A DNA stretch of 20,000 bases, from the sequence record DRR723986_6897. One strand, written 5' to 3'. Below are positions 17,184 through 20,000 of the stretch, one piece after another. Position 1 is the stretch's first letter. Every line of letters starts with the position of its first letter. Position numbers and translations under genes: made by a program. Under the pieces are notes generated by a model. The model saw only the letters and a list, made by a program, of their open reading frames with translations, had not been told where the DNA came from and ran no database searches.

Positions 17184-18335
17184 TTAAAGGCCACTTTCAT
17201 CAAGTTTCTTGATCTGCTCACAGGCTGCAGAAAAACGATTATCGCACGCTTTTGTATAGAGAATGCGGGCAACTTCCAGGTCCGTATCAACCCCCAAACC
17301 ATCACGGTACAAGTTTGCGAGGTCGTTGCAACCATGCGAACGGCCACCATCACAGGCCTCAGTGTAAAAGCGGTGTGCTGCGGCATAGTCTTTGGGCATG
17401 CCTTCGCCAGACTGGCTCAGATGCCCAAGGCCAACACAACCTTCAAGCATTTTGTCATTGCAGGCTGCTTGGTATATCTCGCGCGCTGCAGCAGGGTCTT
17501 TCGCAATACCCCGTCCGGTTTCATACATGCTGCCGGCGCTAAAACAGGCACTTTCCCGATTGCTGTTACACGCTGTTTTAAACAGTTCAACCGCGCGGGC
17601 GCCGTCTTGCGTCACACCAAATCCATCGCGGTAAAGACCTGCCAAATTAATGCAGGCACTATTGTTTTTGCCTTCACAGGCCTTGTCGTACAGCCCGGCT
17701 GCAAGTCCAGAGTCTTGTGCACCTCCACGACCGTTGAGATACTGATTGCCTAAATTGTTGCAGGCGATAAAGTCATTGCCGTCGCATGCTTTCTTGTAGA
17801 ATTCTCTGGCACGCGCCTGATTTTTTTCAACGCCTTGACCCCGAACATACAAGACAGCCAAATTATTGCAGGCACCGGCGTTTCCGCCGGCACAGCCTGC
17901 TTCATAAAATTGGCGGGCTTGGCTAAAATTCTTGGCCTTTACGGCATTCAGGCCGTCGGTAAATGCCTTTTTGGCATTTGCTGCAAGCCCTTTGTCGATT
18001 TTCAGCAACAGCGGCGCAAGCTCGCGCTGCAGGCTGGTATCGGCATCAGAGGAATAGAACTCGTCAATTTTTACTTTCGCTTCTGCGAACCGCTTCAGAC
18101 CAGTCAGAATTTTTACCTCAAGCGCTAAAAAACGGGCATCAGTTTTGCCGCGCAACTCCTCGGCCCGCTTAAGGGCATTCAGCGCATCGCTGAAGTTGCC
18201 GTTTGTGAAGGCGTCTTCTGCTGCGAAATAATAGGCACGTGCCTGCGCCGAATTACCGGACTGCGCCTGTGCAAAAGGTGCGGCAAGCGTTGACAAAGCG
18301 GCAATCAGATATAGAGCCAATAATTTTTTACCCAT
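17184..18335 (-). CDS. Exported Sel1-like repeat (Hcp-type, Cys-paired) protein with N-terminal TPR
   Basis: Signal peptide ending AQA; about six 36-aa repeats of the form ACNNLAVLYVRGQGVEKNQARAREFYKKACDG. Confidence 0.93.
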   Translation of the reverse strand: MGKKLLALYLIAALSTLAAPFAQAQSGNSAQARAYYFAAEDAFTNGNFSDALNALKRAEELRGKTDARFLALEVKILTGLKRFAEAKVKIDEFYSSDADTSLQRELAPLLLKIDKGLAANAKKAFTDGLNAVKAKNFSQARQFYEAGCAGGNAGACNNLAVLYVRGQGVEKNQARAREFYKKACDGNDFIACNNLGNQYLNGRGGAQDSGLAAGLYDKACEGKNNSACINLAGLYRDGFGVTQDGARAVELFKTACNSNRESACFSAGSMYETGRGIAKDPAAAREIYQAACNDKMLEGCVGLGHLSQSGEGMPKDYAAAHRFYTEACDGGRSHGCNDLANLYRDGLGVDTDLEVARILYTKACDNRFSAACEQIKKLDESGL

Positions 18336-18407
18336 TTTAAATACACCTTCCCAAGAACCTGATTATTGACCTTCGTTTACGACACTTCCACAGTATACAT
18401 GTTTTGG

Positions 18408-19721
18408 TTACCACTGCAGCTTGCCACCAATTTTGATATACTCGTCAAAGTCTTCGATAAGCTCGATATTGTTAGAGCGTGCGTAGCGTCGCACCTCTGA
18501 TAAAAACTTTCTACACCTGCGGTCTGAGATGCCAAAGTACCCTTTTTTCTTTGGTGCAATGATCCAGTTCCCGTCGTGGTCCATGAGGCCCTCAGACCAA
18601 ACTTCAAGGGATGTCCAAGCCTGCAACGCCCCTCTGAAAGGGCCGCTTTTTGCCACGGCGCAGGTGTAGTCCTTGGACTCGGTAGGTTTCGCGACCTTAG
18701 CAACCCCGTCCCTGTAGGAAAGTATCAGAGTTTTTGAGAAAGGGATGATCATTCTGCCATTTGATGACCTGACGCCCCATTCTTTATTGTCATTTTTGAC
18801 AATTTCAAATGTTTGGCTTTTTTCTGCGTCTACTGGTGAGGCCTTCTTTTTTTCGGTCACCTTAGGCTCAGGCTTTTTCCAGCAGTCGCTACTTTGGTCA
18901 GGACACGCCCAGAAATCATCCTCGTTTGATGTGCTTTCCCGTGATTCTTCCTCATCCTCATCACCCCAGAAATCGTCTTCTTCTTGTTCTGCCTCTTCCT
19001 CCTCTCTTTTCAGATACTCTTTCTGAATACGGTCGAGTGCGGCGAAGGGAACTTCCAGCGTGTCGATGGTAAGTGTGCTGACCCGCAAGCGATCGGCCAA
19101 ATTCAGCGTGTTGCTGGCTGCTTCTTCCGCCTCAGCCCCGCTTGGCAAATAGTTCCATTTGATGAAGCTTTGGGTGTTCCGTGGGCTACTTGGGATAATG
19201 TCGGTGCCAAGCTCGCCAGAGCGCCGGATCACCAGATGCGGCACCCGGGAAATGGTTTTGGTGCCGGACGCAAAAATGGGGTTGCTCGAAAGGGAATAAT
19301 TGTTGGGCTGATGATCTCGCCAGTTTTCAGCACTCAGTTGCGCACTATAGGCGAGCACTTGTGTATTCAGGATAATTTCGATCGGCTTTAGGTCGTCAAA
19401 CTGTTCCAACAGGTCGGGATATTTTTCAAGGTCGCTACGCCTGATCGGTGGCTTGCCACTGCGGCGGATAACCTCGCCCATTTGCCAGCGCAAGGCATAG
19501 GATTCGACCGGCTGTCCAAAGAAGCCTGCCCATTTAAAGGATATTTCCAGCTCCCGCACAAAGCCTTGCGTATGGCCGGAGACTATATCCGCTGGCACCT
19601 GCACTTTGCCCTGAAAGCTACTGTCCTCGGCTCTCGGAACATCTGTGTAGGTTTGTGCAAACGCTGTGCTAGTGATCAGCGTCAAAGCAGCTAAAACAAT
19701 CGATATAATCCGTAAGGACAT
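18408..19721 (-). CDS. Exported hypothetical protein with acidic linker and C-terminal WG-like repeats
   Basis: Signal peptide ending AFA; acidic tract containing EDDFW twice; KEWGVRSSNGRMIIPF and GLMDHDGNWIIAPK resemble WG/KWG repeats. Confidence 0.75.
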   Translation of the reverse strand: MSLRIISIVLAALTLITSTAFAQTYTDVPRAEDSSFQGKVQVPADIVSGHTQGFVRELEISFKWAGFFGQPVESYALRWQMGEVIRRSGKPPIRRSDLEKYPDLLEQFDDLKPIEIILNTQVLAYSAQLSAENWRDHQPNNYSLSSNPIFASGTKTISRVPHLVIRRSGELGTDIIPSSPRNTQSFIKWNYLPSGAEAEEAASNTLNLADRLRVSTLTIDTLEVPFAALDRIQKEYLKREEEEAEQEEDDFWGDEDEEESRESTSNEDDFWACPDQSSDCWKKPEPKVTEKKKASPVDAEKSQTFEIVKNDNKEWGVRSSNGRMIIPFSKTLILSYRDGVAKVAKPTESKDYTCAVAKSGPFRGALQAWTSLEVWSEGLMDHDGNWIIAPKKKGYFGISDRRCRKFLSEVRRYARSNNIELIEDFDEYIKIGGKLQW

Positions 19722-19883
19722 ATACCCCTATTCCCGATAGCGACCCCCAAGGCCATATCTCAGTGTAAACAGATTAACCTGAACGCACACTAAACAAACA
19801 ATTAGGAATTGTCAGATCAACTTTTTGATAAAATTTGGTGGGAGTTGTGGCCGATTAGGCTCGCTAGGGCTCTCGCCCCTTCT

Positions 19884-19950
19884 CGCCACCTTCGCTACGC
19901 TCGGTATGAACTGAGAGCAAAGCCACTACCCAGAAGGAATTACAAAAAAA
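19884..19950 (+). repeat. Junction repeat copy C (longest copy), adjacent to the tRNA terminator
   Basis: Its left part matches 15745-15775 and its right part matches 17106-17126. The two matches overlap at GTATGAACT (19904-19912). Confidence 0.75.
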
Positions 19951-19974
19951 GCCAGTCCGAAGGCTGGCCTTTTT
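19944..19974 (-). terminator. Intrinsic terminator downstream of the tRNA, possibly bidirectional
   Basis: A7-GCCAGTC-CGAA-GGCTGGC-c-T5. The minus strand gives a cUUCGg-capped hairpin (one mismatch) followed by U7. Confidence 0.75.
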
Positions 19975-19976
19975 AA

Positions 19977-20000
19977 TGGTGCCCGGGGGCGGATTTGAAC
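19977..20000 (-). tRNA. 3' end of a tRNA, probably tRNA-Phe (partial; anticodon outside the window)
   Basis: The minus strand reads GTTCAAATCCGCCCCCGGGCACCA: T-loop TTCAAAT, T-stem arm CCGCC, acceptor arm CCCGGGC, discriminator A, encoded CCA. This resembles proteobacterial tRNA-Phe ends, but Leu is not excluded. Confidence 0.85.

Noticed and set aside
17078-17386. 102-aa minus-strand ORF overlapping the Sel1 gene
   Set aside because: It is an alternate frame of the Sel1 repeats and has no protein-like features.
18940-19010. TC-rich low-complexity tract
   Set aside because: It simply encodes the Glu/Asp-rich linker on the minus strand and is not a separate DNA repeat.
15745-19924. GTATGAACT repeats as a CRISPR array or integron attC sites
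   Set aside because: The spacing is kilobases, there are no cas or intI genes, and there is no RYYYAAC...GTTRRRY hairpin. A loose resemblance to REP-like elements remains as an alternative explanation.
15250-19976. Classical tRNA-targeted prophage or ICE
   Set aside because: No integrase, phage or conjugation genes are present, and I found no second copy of the tRNA 3' end in the window.

Overview
A gene-dense bacterial window of roughly 50% GC (by eye). The gene families suggest an aquatic alphaproteobacterium, which is inference only. The left ~15 kb looks like ordinary chromosome rich in exported proteins. In order: a partial TetR regulator that the ORF track missed (with a near-perfect 26-bp operator), an S9 peptidase plus a signal-peptide-bearing Rid protein, a TPR/2OG-Fe(II) oxygenase, a DUF305-LVIVD fusion, a secreted HEXXH metallopeptidase, a membrane-anchored ribbon-helix-helix/EF-hand protein, an FNT transporter, an amidohydrolase, a YkgJ protein, a lipocalin and an NTF2-like protein. 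The right ~5 kb lies just downstream of a minus-strand tRNA (probably Phe) and looks like an accretion zone. A GTATGAACT-centred motif recurs there at three gene-block junctions and brackets an AT-richer ybdL-like aminotransferase. Two signals stand out. (1) These junction repeats may be recombination sites of an uncharacterised cassette-stacking system at the tRNA. (2) A putative one-component RHH-TM-EF-hand regulator sits beside a peptidase whose sigma70-like promoter is clamped by two TGTCC(G/T)GACA palindromes.
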